Shown: positions 42,766-53,031, counted from the first letter of the stretch. The stretch: DNA of 64,000 bases from Verrucomicrobiota bacterium (GCA_027622665.1 JAQBYT010000007.1:64001-128000); one strand, 5' to 3'. Made by a program: numbers and translations. Notes: a model not told the origin generated them from the letters alone.

Positions 42766-43485
42766 TTATATTTTGCCCCAAATCTTTTGCATGAGCGCGT
42801 AGGTCAGGGGGTCGTGTTCTTTCAACTCGGCTCTTACGAAAGGATAGAAGTCGTTTACTCCGAGGTAGGACTCGGTCATCTCTGCGAAGAATTCCTTGTG
42901 ATTGGTTCGGGCGTAATGCTTCACCTTTCGACCGGAGAACAGGAGCACTCGCTCGTAAAGACCCTTTTTCTCGGATGCTTGATATACTTGGATGATCTCC
43001 TTGTTGTCGAAACTCAGAATCTGATCGTGATAGGCATGAGCTAGTTCGTGTAAAATAACGTAAGGGTGTTTTGCCCAAGTGCCTCTGTCGAGCAGGGACT
43101 TTGCCCGAGGTATATGCACTCTTTTCTCAAGGCGAGGGTCGTAGCCGTTATTAATCAACCATTCTTTACCCGGATGGTACTGCATGTTGCCAAGTTCGTG
43201 CTGGAGATCTATCCGAATTGGCAACTTCTGAAGTACCACAACCTTTTCCTTCGAGAGGATGTACTTGATGCGCTGAAGGTGATTGGCCAGTGCCTTGGTA
43301 GCGTCTTCACCGAACGCCTTGTTCTCCTTGGACAGCAGTTTCGGGTCGTATTCTATCGTCCAACCTTCGACTGTCTTGATGACCGGATCATAGAACTTCT
43401 TCTCGCCTTTCTTCTCCACGGCAGAAGAGAGGCAGAGAAAGGCTGCGTTAATGAGTATTAAAAGTACTGAAGCTTTTAGTTTCAT
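42766..43485 (-). CDS. Secreted HEXXH zinc metallopeptidase-like protein
   Basis: Signal peptide. VILHELAHAYH with downstream YARTNHKEFFAE third-ligand motif. Confidence 0.8.
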   Translation of the reverse strand: MKLKASVLLILINAAFLCLSSAVEKKGEKKFYDPVIKTVEGWTIEYDPKLLSKENKAFGEDATKALANHLQRIKYILSKEKVVVLQKLPIRIDLQHELGNMQYHPGKEWLINNGYDPRLEKRVHIPRAKSLLDRGTWAKHPYVILHELAHAYHDQILSFDNKEIIQVYQASEKKGLYERVLLFSGRKVKHYARTNHKEFFAEMTESYLGVNDFYPFVRAELKEHDPLTYALMQKIWGKI

Positions 43486-43564
43486 CGTCATAGACTAGAG
43501 ATGAGAATTCTACGGGCAAGTCCAGACCCCTCCATCCTGACAATTACCGGGAGGGGGGGATTAA

Positions 43565-44890
43565 CTATTCGAGCTCTGCAATGATCTTCTGGATTCGCGC
43601 GACAATCTTTGGGTTCTCGGAGGCGACGTCGGTTTCCTCTCCGATATCTTTGCTCAGGTCATAGAGAGCTAAAGTTTTATCGGTTTGGACCCCTTTCCAA
43701 TCATTCATTCGCACAGCCCGAAAGCGACTCCATCTCCAGAAAAGGTAATCGTGCCGGACTTGCTTATTCGTGTTGCCCAGTAGGGTAGGGGCAAATGAAA
43801 TCCCGTCGATGCCTTCGGGCGTTTCTGCTCCACCGAGTTCACAAGCAGTTGGCAACCAATCCCAAAAGGCGGAAGCATGATTGCTTACGCCGGATTTAAT
43901 CGTTTTGGGCCACCACGCGATCATGGGGACACGAATGCCGCCATCATGCAGCGAACGCTTATGTCCTTTGAGTTGTCCGTTGGAATCAAAGAAATCCACC
44001 TTGTGTCCACCCTCCTGATGGGGGCCATTGTCCGAAGTGAAAACCACCAAAGTGTTCTCGGCGATTCCAAGTTTCTTGAGCAGGTCTATGATTTTTCCTG
44101 TGTCCGTGTCCATTAGGGTCACCATGGCGGCGAATCCCTTTTCCGGGTCCGGCCAGTTCTTGTCCTTGTAGATCCCGTGGTCGGGTACCTCCTGTCCGTT
44201 CTTTTCGACGTTTCCCGCCTCGTTGTTGGTGTGTGGTATAGTCCAAGTGAGGTTAAGGTAAAAAGGCTTGTCCTTGTTGCGTTCGATGAAGGCCAGCGCC
44301 TCCTCTGTGATCCGAGTGTGGGCGTAGGTTACCTTCTTTGACGACACGTTCCTCTTCCCGCTGTTTACGTTGCCGGGCAAGCGCTCTGCCTTATCGTTGC
44401 GAAAAAGGAATTCAGGATAGTAATCGTGAGCAGCGGATTGGTCCAAGTAACCGTAGAAGAAATCAAAGCCTTGGTTGTTCGGGTGGCCTGTAGTGCCAAC
44501 GTCGCCGAGCGCCCACTTGCCGACGCCGCCCGTCACGTAACCGGCCTCCTTCAGCAGGGAGGTCACGGTCTTCGAACCTTTGGGCAGCACATGCATGTTG
44601 TTGCCGGCAATCGCCGTGTGTCCCGTGTGCTTGCCAGTAAGGAATACGAGGCGCGCCGGTCGGCATACGGTGTGTCCGGCGTAGTGGTCGGTAAAGCGTA
44701 GACCTTCTCTGGCCATGCGGTCCAATCGGGGTGTCTTAACCTGCTTCTGGCCATAGCTGCCCAAATCACCGTAACCGAGGTCATCGGAAACGATGTAAAT
44801 GATGTTGGGCTTACTAGGAGCGGCATCAAGGGTTCCCGACAGGAATAAGATAGCGAGCAATGAGGAAAGAGTTCGAGTGAGTAGGTTCAT
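43565..44890 (-). CDS. Arylsulfatase (formylglycine-dependent S1 family)
   Basis: PNIIYIVSDDLGYGD, CRPAR (CxPxR), GKWALG, FTSDNGP, GGIRVP. Confidence 0.95.
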   Translation of the reverse strand: MNLLTRTLSSLLAILFLSGTLDAAPSKPNIIYIVSDDLGYGDLGSYGQKQVKTPRLDRMAREGLRFTDHYAGHTVCRPARLVFLTGKHTGHTAIAGNNMHVLPKGSKTVTSLLKEAGYVTGGVGKWALGDVGTTGHPNNQGFDFFYGYLDQSAAHDYYPEFLFRNDKAERLPGNVNSGKRNVSSKKVTYAHTRITEEALAFIERNKDKPFYLNLTWTIPHTNNEAGNVEKNGQEVPDHGIYKDKNWPDPEKGFAAMVTLMDTDTGKIIDLLKKLGIAENTLVVFTSDNGPHQEGGHKVDFFDSNGQLKGHKRSLHDGGIRVPMIAWWPKTIKSGVSNHASAFWDWLPTACELGGAETPEGIDGISFAPTLLGNTNKQVRHDYLFWRWSRFRAVRMNDWKGVQTDKTLALYDLSKDIGEETDVASENPKIVARIQKIIAELE

Positions 44891-44903
44891 TTGCGTGTTC
44901 GAG

Positions 44904-45440
44904 TTAGGGCATCCCAAGCCACTTGCGCTTGGTTCCTCCGTGGATAAAGAGTTTGCTCTCGGCGCTGGCAAGCATGAGTGCCACGGTTGCATTGCCTATT
45001 GGATGGTAACCGAGGTAGGCATCCCCTGCATAGTTTCTCTTGCCACCGAAATAGGCTGCCGTACCACCCGAGGTTCGGCAAAGTTCCAAATAAGGGATCC
45101 ATTTTCTCATGACAGTTTCGTGAGCCTTGGGATCTACCGACTTTATGCCGGCCATGCCGTAGATCAAGCTGATCGAGCTCATTGAGTGGGCGTGCCGCAT
45201 GCGGGATTGATATCTCGCCAACGCGTTTGCAAAACCTTTGGCCATCTTGGGTTCCTCGCCGGCAATCGCCAAGGCGGTTGCCATCGCTCCGGTTCGGGCC
45301 GGGATGTCGGGCTAGTCGGGAACCCGAGAGGAGTATCCCAGCGCCCCCGTGTTGGGACCAATCGACTTTCGAATCTCCACCATCGAGCGATCCCGGGCTT
45401 TGCGATCTATCTTGTAGTCGCACTTGGAGGCAAGTGCCCA
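44904..45440 (-). pseudogene. C-terminal fragment of a DUF6288-like helical protein, interrupted by an in-frame TAG
   Basis: Frame reads WALASKCDYKIDRK...LGYSSRVPD*PDIPARTGAMATAL...GGKRNYAGDAYLG with the stop at 45312-45314. No own 5' end. Family recalled, not searched. Confidence 0.6.
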
Positions 45441-45816
45441 CGCCTTTGTCGGTCGCGCCGATCAGATAAACGCCTCCCGCATGAGTGCGAATGATGTAGT
45501 CTTCGGCCTGGCTTACATCGGTGGCACTCAGAGTACTCTTTACCGATGGGAATTCAGTAATGGTTCCCAGCGCGATACCTTTTGGCGAGGTGTTGGTTGC
45601 AACTTGAAACGTCACCCCGCTGATTTTTCCTAACTTCTGCGCCAAAGTTGTCGCCAGTGCCTTGATTTCATCTGACGCCTCTGCACTAATAGTAATAGGC
45701 ATTTGTGCCTTGCCATCTTTAGCCATAACAGCGGCAGGAGTTTGGGGGGCAGCACTGGCAAAACTAATCGTCAAAAGCAACATCGCGACGGCAAATGGTA
45801 TAGATTGGATTTTCAT
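45438..45816 (-). pseudogene. N-terminal fragment (signal peptide plus GH67/GH20-N-like domain) of a DUF4838-type secreted protein
   Basis: MKIQSIPFAVAMLLL...LAQKLGKISG..EDYIIRTHAGGVYLIGATDKG, then low-quality read-through across a junction at ~45440. Confidence 0.6.
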
Positions 45817-45939
45817 TCTCTATGGTTCTATGAATTTTCCTGTTTGCTATTGCGAGAATCGGGGAAGCAGTCGGCGAGAGAGTGGTGACGAAGTAAATCT
45901 ATTGTTTGATCATCATTTGGCCAATCATTGATACAGAAG

Positions 45940-46645
45940 TTACCGCACTTCAATTTCGGTTAGACCCGATCTGGCTTTTCCCTTGTGAGTAAAGACCACG
46001 CGTATCCTGGTTGAGGTCTGCGGGGCAAAGGTGGCTGTATTCTCTGAACTACCCCTGAGTTCTGCCGGGCTTTTATGGATGTTCTGCACATCGGTCCATT
46101 CCGTTCCTTTGAGGGTTTGGATGGTGTAACTGCTGGGGGTTTGCACCCCTCCATGATCATCGTAAATATGCAGAACCACTTTCTTGAATACCTTCTCCTT
46201 GCCAAAGTCGACTTCCAGCCAATCTGTTTTATTTGGCGAACCATACGAGGTCCAGCGGTTGACCGGGGTCCTTTGAAACCTGATTTTTCCATCAATGGTG
46301 CTTTTGGCGACACCGCCGTATCGGTCTGAAAAGGAGGCCGTTGCTTTCGGGTAGCCTTTATTGGTGGGATTGAAGGCCATATTTCCTGGTGGAGGACGGG
46401 GCGGGATGTAGGGGAGACGTCCCGGACCCCAGGCCTGAAGTTCAGTGAGACCGGAGCCGGAGTCGGGCGCATTTTGAAAAACAAAACGAAGTTTCCTTAC
46501 CATGAGTGCCGGAAAGCTGAGGGTGTTCGCTCGTTTGCCTTCGGCCTTTTCTGGAAATCGCTTTTGACCTGGCAGGGCCACCCATTTCTCGTCTTTCCAG
46601 TACTCGCATGTGAAGGAACGGGGCGCCAGCACGCCTTGGCCATCG
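45940..46645 (-). pseudogene. 5'-truncated gene retaining two discoidin (F5/8-C, CBM32-like) domains
   Basis: RWTSYGSPNKTDWLEVDFG, YDDHGGVQTP, SGLTE twice. No plausible start; runs into an oppositely oriented fragment at ~46640. Confidence 0.65.
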
Positions 46646-46818
46646 CCGAGTTCGACAAGGCGATCCAAATGTTCGAGGCCATGGAGGGGCAGAAACCCAA
46701 GTCATTGGATGAACTCGTGAAGAAGGGCCACCTGACCAAGATGCCCAAAGTCCCCTACGGCATGAAGTTCAACTACGATCCCAAGACCGGCAAAGTCGAA
46801 GCCGTGATGGCGAAGTAG
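46636..46818 (+). pseudogene. 3' fragment of a small pseudopilin-like/lipoprotein gene
   Basis: AIQMFEAMEGQKPKSLDELVKKGHL..PKVPYGMKFNYDPKTGKV resembles the P-x-SL-x-ELV type II secretion G-like motif. GC-rich codon usage starts abruptly at ~46640. Confidence 0.5.
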
Positions 46819-46861
46819 GGTGTAAATTTCCGGCTCAGGCAGGATCCCCGCACGGCCAGAT

Positions 46862-47833
46862 TCAGACCGCCCGCTGTCGCTTCCAGTGGGTGATCTTTTT
46901 GCGCAAGCTCGCCGCCGTCAGCCAATACCAGCGTCCATAGGCGCGCAAGGCCTCGGCCCGCGACGCAGCGTCGTCCTTCGGCAGATCCCCGTCCGACGCG
47001 CTTCCGGAATCCGCTTCCGCCTCGGCCGGCTTCTCCAGAATCGCGTTAAGTCGCGTCCCTCGAAGATCCCCATCCAGGGCGGCAATCGTCTTCACCGCGA
47101 ATCCGGTCTTCCGCGCCAGCCGCTCAAAGGTTGCCGGCGAGAACGCATAATGATGCGCGGCATGAAAGAAATGAGTGATGCGCGAACCGGGAGCCTCCAC
47201 ATTCGGCACTTCCACGATGAACGTCCCGCCCGGCTTGAGCAGCGCCTTGATCGTCCGCAGCGTGTCGGTTGGACTGATCGTGTGCTCCAGCACGTGGTTC
47301 ATCACGACCAGGTCGAAGCGGCCCTTCTCCAGTTCGGGCGCAATGTCGTCCAGCAACCCGTTGCGCACATCCAGTCCTTTGTTCTCCCGCGCAAACGTGG
47401 CATGCCCGGCGTGCGGCTCGATGCCGATGATCGTGGCATCCTCCCCCGCCTCCGCGGCAATGCGCGAAAGCAGCGCGCCGACTCCGCTGCCGATTTCAAG
47501 AACCTTGACGCCTGGCTTGAGGAACGGCCTCACCTGACCGAAAATCTCGCGAATCTTGGGAAGTCGACGCTCAAAGAAGGCTTCATCCGGAGCCTGTTGC
47601 TTTTTGTAGTCGCCCCAATAACCGCTCTTGTACCACTTCGCGTTCTCCTCGTCGGACATTCGCGGATTCGTGTAGACCAGGCCGCAGCCGTTGCAGATCA
47701 CCGTCGCGATCGGCGCGCCGTGACGGCCGCGCCTCGAAAAAATCCGATAAGACGCCTCGCCGCAAAGATCGCAAACCTGCGGCGTGTTCGAAGCGGGCGT
47801 TTCGTCGTTTGATGTCGTCGTGTCAGCGGCCAT
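46862..47833 (-). CDS. Class I SAM-dependent methyltransferase with N-terminal Zn ribbon
   Basis: CDLC...CNGCGLVYTNPR, VLEIGSGVG, NHVLEH, LKPGG..IVEVPN. Confidence 0.88.
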   Translation of the reverse strand: MAADTTTSNDETPASNTPQVCDLCGEASYRIFSRRGRHGAPIATVICNGCGLVYTNPRMSDEENAKWYKSGYWGDYKKQQAPDEAFFERRLPKIREIFGQVRPFLKPGVKVLEIGSGVGALLSRIAAEAGEDATIIGIEPHAGHATFARENKGLDVRNGLLDDIAPELEKGRFDLVVMNHVLEHTISPTDTLRTIKALLKPGGTFIVEVPNVEAPGSRITHFFHAAHHYAFSPATFERLARKTGFAVKTIAALDGDLRGTRLNAILEKPAEAEADSGSASDGDLPKDDAASRAEALRAYGRWYWLTAASLRKKITHWKRQRAV

Positions 47834-48008
47834 GGAAGCGGCGAATGATTGCCACTCGAAGGCAAATGTCAAACGGGGAATGGGTTGATCGAATCCACCT
47901 GTCAGTATTCCAATTCGTGATTCCGCAGGCCATTTTGCCCAGGCCGCGTTTCCAATTTCAGGCTTGGAACTTTAGCGTCCCAATTCATCATCCCGATAAC
48001 GCGACCCC

Positions 48009-48180
48009 ATGATGGACCTCAACATATATCCTCCGATGCCGGAAAAGGCGGATTGGCGCATCGGCGTCCTCGGCGCCGGATTCATTGTCAACGACTGTCA
48101 CCTGCCCGCCTATCGCAAGGCCGGCTTCAATCCGGTCGCCATCGCATCCCGCACCCGCGATCGCGCCGCCGAGGTCGCCC
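48009..48180 (+). pseudogene. N-terminal fragment of a Gfo/Idh/MocA oxidoreductase
   Basis: [34 protein letters not shown], then loses similarity at the junction. Confidence 0.75.
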
Positions 48181-48264
48181 GCCCCAACCGCCGTGGCTGG
48201 GGCTTATCTCGCCGGCCAGCCCGTTGTCGATCAGGTTTAGAAACGCCGGCGTGTCGCCTTCCAT
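48175..48264 (-). pseudogene. Internal ~30-aa fragment of a DUF1593 (nucleoside-hydrolase-like) protein
   Basis: [30 protein letters not shown] matches the EGDTPxF..NGL..GGWGGR signature as I recall it. Confidence 0.65.
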
Positions 48265-48381
48265 GATGAAGACGATGTTTGGTAACTGATTTTTTTGCCC
48301 GGCTGCCTGCATGGGAACCGTGATTGAAACCACGACCACTGTCAGAATCATGCGGAAAAGGTGAGAGGGGAGTGTGTTCAT
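48262..48381 (-). pseudogene. N-terminal fragment (signal peptide plus PNIVFIM) of a sulfatase, fused in frame to the DUF1593 piece
   Basis: [40 protein letters not shown], cut just before the expected xDD motif. Confidence 0.65.
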
Positions 48382-48436
48382 TTATAAACGTTCTCGAATA
48401 TAGGTTCTCGAAAAGTTGATGGCCAATAGGCCCGGG

Positions 48437-51400
48437 TTACTTCGACAGAAATATATCGCTCTCTACAACCAAGTGGACGAGGTCGCGAAGGCGATCCTCT
48501 TTTTTGCCTAGCTCGGCGACAATGCGATCCACTTCTCCGCGATCGATCGTCTCGAGATGACGGCCGGTGGCATAGGTGAGCATCTTCTTTGTCAGGCAGC
48601 TAATGATCAGCGGTTTGCGTTCCATTAACATTTTCTTGAAGGCGACGATGTCGGCGATCTCTTCTCCGTTCGCCATGGTGGCCGAAGTGTCTATGGGCCC
48701 CTTGGCTCGCTTGTATCTTTCGCGCCAGCGGCCAACCACGTCGAAGTTTTCAAATGCAAATCCCATGGGGTCGATCTTAACGTGGCAACTGTTACAGGCT
48801 TCGTTTTTGCGATGTAATTCAAGCCGTTCCCGGATGGATGTTGCCTCTCGGGTATCCACGGGAAGGGGTTCTACATCGGGAGGGGGAGGGGATGGTGGTG
48901 TACCCAGTATGTTTTCCAGTACCCAAACTCCACGGACGACCGGTGAAGTGTCGACTCCGTTCGCCGTGGCGGTCATCAGGCCCGGTTGGGTGAATATGCC
49001 ACCTCGGCGAGGATCGTCCAGTTTGACCTTCCGTAAGCGTTCGCCCCGGATTCCTTCCCTTTTGTAGATCCACTTGGCCAAGGTCTGGTTCATGTAGGTG
49101 TAATCGGAGTCGATGAACTGCTCGATACGTCCGTTGGTTTCCAGTATATCCGAAAAATAGGTCGTTACCTGCTTGGCCAGCATAGGTTCGACCTTGAGGT
49201 TCTTGTAGAACTGATAGTCACCGCCTGATGGGGGCATGTCTCCCAGTTTGTCAAGACGCAGCCAAGCTGATGGGAAATGGCGTACGAATGCCTCTGCCTT
49301 GGTATCCTTGAGCATGCGCTCCACTTGTCGACTGCGCTCCTTGGAGTCCTTGAGTTTCCCTGAGCGAGCTGCAGCAAACAATTCTTCGTCGGGCATGGAA
49401 GACCAGAGGAAGTAACTCATTCGGGAGGCAATACCGAAGGGATCGAGGCGACCGGGTTTTTCCTGAAGATAAAGGAACTGCGGCGAGCACATGATGGCGG
49501 CGTATCCATCCTGCATGGCCCGAATGAGAAGAGGCACTTCATTCGAAGGCTTTTTATTGTTCTGTTTCGAGTCTCGAAGGCTGTCTGTGGAAAGCTGGGA
49601 ATGAGCCAGTCCCGGACCTCCCCAACCGGCCCTGAAGCTGTTGGGTTGGCCATAGGCGAAATACTCCACTCGAATCTCATGGTCTCCCTGTTCGAGTTTG
49701 ACTTTACCCTTTTTCAGCTCGGCTCCGTGGAGGCCATCGTGCTCGACGACTTTTTTTCCGTCGATCAATAGGCGTCCACCGTCATCCGATGCGATCTCAA
49801 ATACGTATTCGCCGGACTTGGGAGCCTTCAAGCTTCCCGTGAAGACCATGCCGTACTTTTCTTTTCGCTTGGAGACGCTCAGGTCGATGAATCCTTTAGG
49901 CAAGGTTCCTTCGGATATGGCTTCCAGAGTATCGAACTCGGGAAGTTTCTCCCATTGGCCTTCGTATACTCTGTACTTCAAATCTTTTATTCCACCCGGC
50001 AAGGTAACTACAGGCTCCACTTTCTGGCGTATGACAAGCTGTACGTATGGTTCCACCAGTTCGGGCTTAACGGACCTGCGAAAGGCTCGTTCTGCAAAGG
50101 TGGCCATGAGTTTTCTGATTTCCTCTTCCTTGCCCGAGCCGGAACCATACAGGGCGGTGTGGCTCTTGGGCGGCCAAGCCTCGAAAAGTGGCTCGACCGT
50201 TAGGCTGTAAACCCGGAGGTGAGGCCCCTTGTAACCGTCTTTTACCAATAGCTTGGCCAAATTGAATTGCCAGCGGTCGTGACCCTCCTTGTCGACCTTC
50301 TCGTCCGGACGGGAGAAGTAAGCATCGGGCATATATTTCTCCACAAGTTTCTCTGCCCGAAAGGTGCTATCGTCCGGGCCATTCTCCCAGCCAATCCACG
50401 GGGCCCATCTCTTGTCCATCCATACTTCATGAGTGAAGGTCCTTTTCTTGCCATCGCCGAGAAGCGACCAAATGGCAAGGGGCTTGGAGGTCGGGCCGGC
50501 AATGCCTCCGTTTCCAGTGTCCGCGATATTTAGGCAAAGCTGAAAATCCTTGTCGGGGCCGAAATGAATCATCTCACCAAAAGGATGCTTCCCGTTGTGG
50601 GCGGATGCCTCTATAGTGATTCGGTAACGAGTGGCAACCCCGACGCCTTGCCGGAGTTTGGAGGGCGAAACGCGACCATCGCCCTTTGCCATCATGTCGA
50701 AGTCGGGGCTGAATTCACGGGAAACCGCCTCGACGGGATGTTCTCCCTGTCCCTTTCCTTCAATTAAATGCCCCGAGAAACGCCTCTTTTCCACCTTGGG
50801 TTTGACCTCGAGGTGGGTGGCTTGAGCAAGCACCTCTTCGGCTGCGTCGAGGGTCAGCTTCAAGAGGAAGTCCGACATGACCAGCTTGTCGCCCAAGTTG
50901 AAGAAGCCATCTTCCTCCTCATCCTCGGGAAAGAAGCGCAGGGGATCGTTGCCTGTGCGCTCGACACTTCCGTTTCCGTTGTTGTCCACCAGCTTAGCCC
51001 CCTCTGCATCGGGACTATATTCCGCGCCTTTTAGGTAGAGCAGGTCGCGAAAGGTGTTGCGAAGCTCATGTCGATTGAGTCTTCGGAGCACGGTTTGCCC
51101 TCCGGTACTTCGCCCCTTTTCGTAAGCTATTGCGAGTGCGTGGGTCAAGGATTCGACGACGTTCTTGACTTCCGACTGCTTGGGGCGAGGCTGTTTCTTT
51201 GGAGGCATTTCGCCGCGATTGAGTTGGTCGAGCATGCTTTGCCAAATCTCGAGATTCTCGATTTTCGCAAGATCTTTGCCGAGGGTGTCGAAGCGAATGT
51301 CTCCCTTTTGTTTCTCGGGGCCGTGGCAGTCGTAGCAGTGTTGCTTGAGGAAGGGATCCAGCTTCTTTAGCGACTCGTCAGCACAGGCAAGCGAGCCAAT

Positions 51401-51475
51401 GAATAGAGTAGCAATGGCAGGAAGCAGTCCTGTTGCCCTGCGAACGAAGGAAGTATTCAATGATTTCATGATCAC
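48437..51475 (-). CDS. DUF1592-family multidomain protein (planctomycete cytochrome c, DUF1587/1595/1592/1588/1585) with PA14 insert
   Basis: CYDCH and CNSCH heme motifs, LRRLNRHE, SPQFLY, RMSYFLWSSMPD, TSPVVRGVWV, IDPMGFAFENFD. PA14 motifs FEIASDDGGRL and HDGLH. Confidence 0.9.
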   Translation of the reverse strand: MIMKSLNTSFVRRATGLLPAIATLFIGSLACADESLKKLDPFLKQHCYDCHGPEKQKGDIRFDTLGKDLAKIENLEIWQSMLDQLNRGEMPPKKQPRPKQSEVKNVVESLTHALAIAYEKGRSTGGQTVLRRLNRHELRNTFRDLLYLKGAEYSPDAEGAKLVDNNGNGSVERTGNDPLRFFPEDEEEDGFFNLGDKLVMSDFLLKLTLDAAEEVLAQATHLEVKPKVEKRRFSGHLIEGKGQGEHPVEAVSREFSPDFDMMAKGDGRVSPSKLRQGVGVATRYRITIEASAHNGKHPFGEMIHFGPDKDFQLCLNIADTGNGGIAGPTSKPLAIWSLLGDGKKRTFTHEVWMDKRWAPWIGWENGPDDSTFRAEKLVEKYMPDAYFSRPDEKVDKEGHDRWQFNLAKLLVKDGYKGPHLRVYSLTVEPLFEAWPPKSHTALYGSGSGKEEEIRKLMATFAERAFRRSVKPELVEPYVQLVIRQKVEPVVTLPGGIKDLKYRVYEGQWEKLPEFDTLEAISEGTLPKGFIDLSVSKRKEKYGMVFTGSLKAPKSGEYVFEIASDDGGRLLIDGKKVVEHDGLHGAELKKGKVKLEQGDHEIRVEYFAYGQPNSFRAGWGGPGLAHSQLSTDSLRDSKQNNKKPSNEVPLLIRAMQDGYAAIMCSPQFLYLQEKPGRLDPFGIASRMSYFLWSSMPDEELFAAARSGKLKDSKERSRQVERMLKDTKAEAFVRHFPSAWLRLDKLGDMPPSGGDYQFYKNLKVEPMLAKQVTTYFSDILETNGRIEQFIDSDYTYMNQTLAKWIYKREGIRGERLRKVKLDDPRRGGIFTQPGLMTATANGVDTSPVVRGVWVLENILGTPPSPPPPDVEPLPVDTREATSIRERLELHRKNEACNSCHVKIDPMGFAFENFDVVGRWRERYKRAKGPIDTSATMANGEEIADIVAFKKMLMERKPLIISCLTKKMLTYATGRHLETIDRGEVDRIVAELGKKEDRLRDLVHLVVESDIFLSK

Positions 51476-51518
51476 TCAAGACCACCGTCCGAAAGTTGAC
51501 AGTCCTCGCCCACGTAAT

Positions 51519-52844
51519 CTAGGACCATTCCAAGCCGGACAGCGTTCCTGTGCTGGAACCGAATCGATCGATTTCCAGTCCCGAGTTCTGAAGAATGGAA
51601 AGCAGTAGGTTTGCGGCAGGCACCTCGGATACGCCTTCGGCTAGTCGTTTTTCCTGACTGACCAATCTGTCGGAACTCTTCAAGTCCTTTAGATGCGGTC
51701 CTGGGTAAACCTTGTGTTCGCCGTGCTTAAAACCTCCACCGGCCAGAACTAGTGGGAGGTTCCTGGTGGAATGCCCCCCCGTTGCCATTCCGCATCCGTA
51801 TAGAATGGAGGTGTGATCGAATAACGTGCCACCGTTTATGGGGTCTTCCTGTGCCTTGAGAAGGTCTACTAGGTAGGACATCATGGAAACCTGAAAACCT
51901 TCGATTTTCTTTAAAGCGGCCACCGGCTCGGATTTCTCGCCGTGGTGAGAGAAATCGTGATAGCCACCGTTAAGGCCAAAATCGCCATTTGCGAAACCGC
52001 TTGTGCAGGTGATTGCCCGAGTGGAATCCGTCTGTATGGCAAGGGCAATGATTTCGATCATGGCCTTGAGCTGTTCTTCCGTACGATTCCCCGGTTTTGG
52101 TTCCTCCGTCTCGGGTTTTGGCTTGGGGCGTTTGAGCCAAGGTTCCTGCTGGTCGATCTTCTTTTCCAAGGTGCGAACCGAGTCGAAGTACTCCTCGAGT
52201 TTACGCTGGTCGTTTTTGCCAAGTTTCCCGTTCAGGGATTTCGCCTGGTCCATGACTACGTCGAGAATGCTGTTCTGCCGTTTGAAACGTTCGGCTTCGG
52301 AGGCCTTCTTCTGTGGGGTATCCTCAAAGAACATCGCCTTATAAGCGGCCCGCATATCCATGTTGGGCACCTGTACTCCGGTTCGAGTGAAACTGAGCAA
52401 GTTGCGTTCGCGTACTCCGAGGGTCATCGATGGGAAGCGGGTGGCGGCTCCATGATGCTCGGCCAGCTTCTGGTCGAGGCTGATGTTCCCTTCGGGGTAA
52501 TTGTGGGCCAATATCGGACGTATGCCGCTAAGGAATACGGGAACTCCCTGGTGACCTCCCGTGAAGCCATGGTCGAGATTCTGGAACAAAGTGATGTCCT
52601 TGCGGTGCTTTTCCAGCGACTTCAAGGTTTCGGGCATGTCGTAGTTTGGCCCGGGCTGATTCACGTCCGGAAAGAAAGCCTTTTGGTAAACCCCGTAGTT
52701 GTTGGATAGGCAGACGAATCGCTTTACCGGCTTGCCATTGGCTGCAGCGGCCAAGGCGGGGGGAGTCAAGGACTCCATCAACGGCAGGGCCATCGCGACG
52801 CCTGCGCCTCTTAGAAAACTTCGTCTATTTAAATTTGTGTCCAT
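51519..52844 (-). CDS. DUF1552 family Tat-exported protein
   Basis: NRRSFLRGAGVAMALPLMESL, SLDQ, SILD, DQRKLEEYFDSVRTLE, HSTRNLPLVLAGG. Confidence 0.92.
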   Translation of the reverse strand: MDTNLNRRSFLRGAGVAMALPLMESLTPPALAAAANGKPVKRFVCLSNNYGVYQKAFFPDVNQPGPNYDMPETLKSLEKHRKDITLFQNLDHGFTGGHQGVPVFLSGIRPILAHNYPEGNISLDQKLAEHHGAATRFPSMTLGVRERNLLSFTRTGVQVPNMDMRAAYKAMFFEDTPQKKASEAERFKRQNSILDVVMDQAKSLNGKLGKNDQRKLEEYFDSVRTLEKKIDQQEPWLKRPKPKPETEEPKPGNRTEEQLKAMIEIIALAIQTDSTRAITCTSGFANGDFGLNGGYHDFSHHGEKSEPVAALKKIEGFQVSMMSYLVDLLKAQEDPINGGTLFDHTSILYGCGMATGGHSTRNLPLVLAGGGFKHGEHKVYPGPHLKDLKSSDRLVSQEKRLAEGVSEVPAANLLLSILQNSGLEIDRFGSSTGTLSGLEWS

Positions 52845-53031
52845 CTCCTATAAATCTCCTTTGAGTACAGGTTACTACAGCTTCTAGAACTATAACTAAT
52901 CATCTTGAATAAAAAGCTTGGCATTTCAAGGCATTAAAAGCCTCGTTCATCAAATTCATTTTGGGGCTCAGTCACTAGGAACCTTGTTTATGGTAAGGTA
53001 TACCAACTCGTCGAATCCGGAGCCATCGGCC

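Noticed and set aside
44887..45816. 309-aa ORF as an intact gene
   Set aside because: Only the first ~125 aa look like real protein; the rest is out-of-frame read-through over another gene fragment.
46474..46818. 114-aa ORF as an intact gene
   Set aside because: The first half is antisense to the discoidin fragment; only the part after ~46636 is protein-like.
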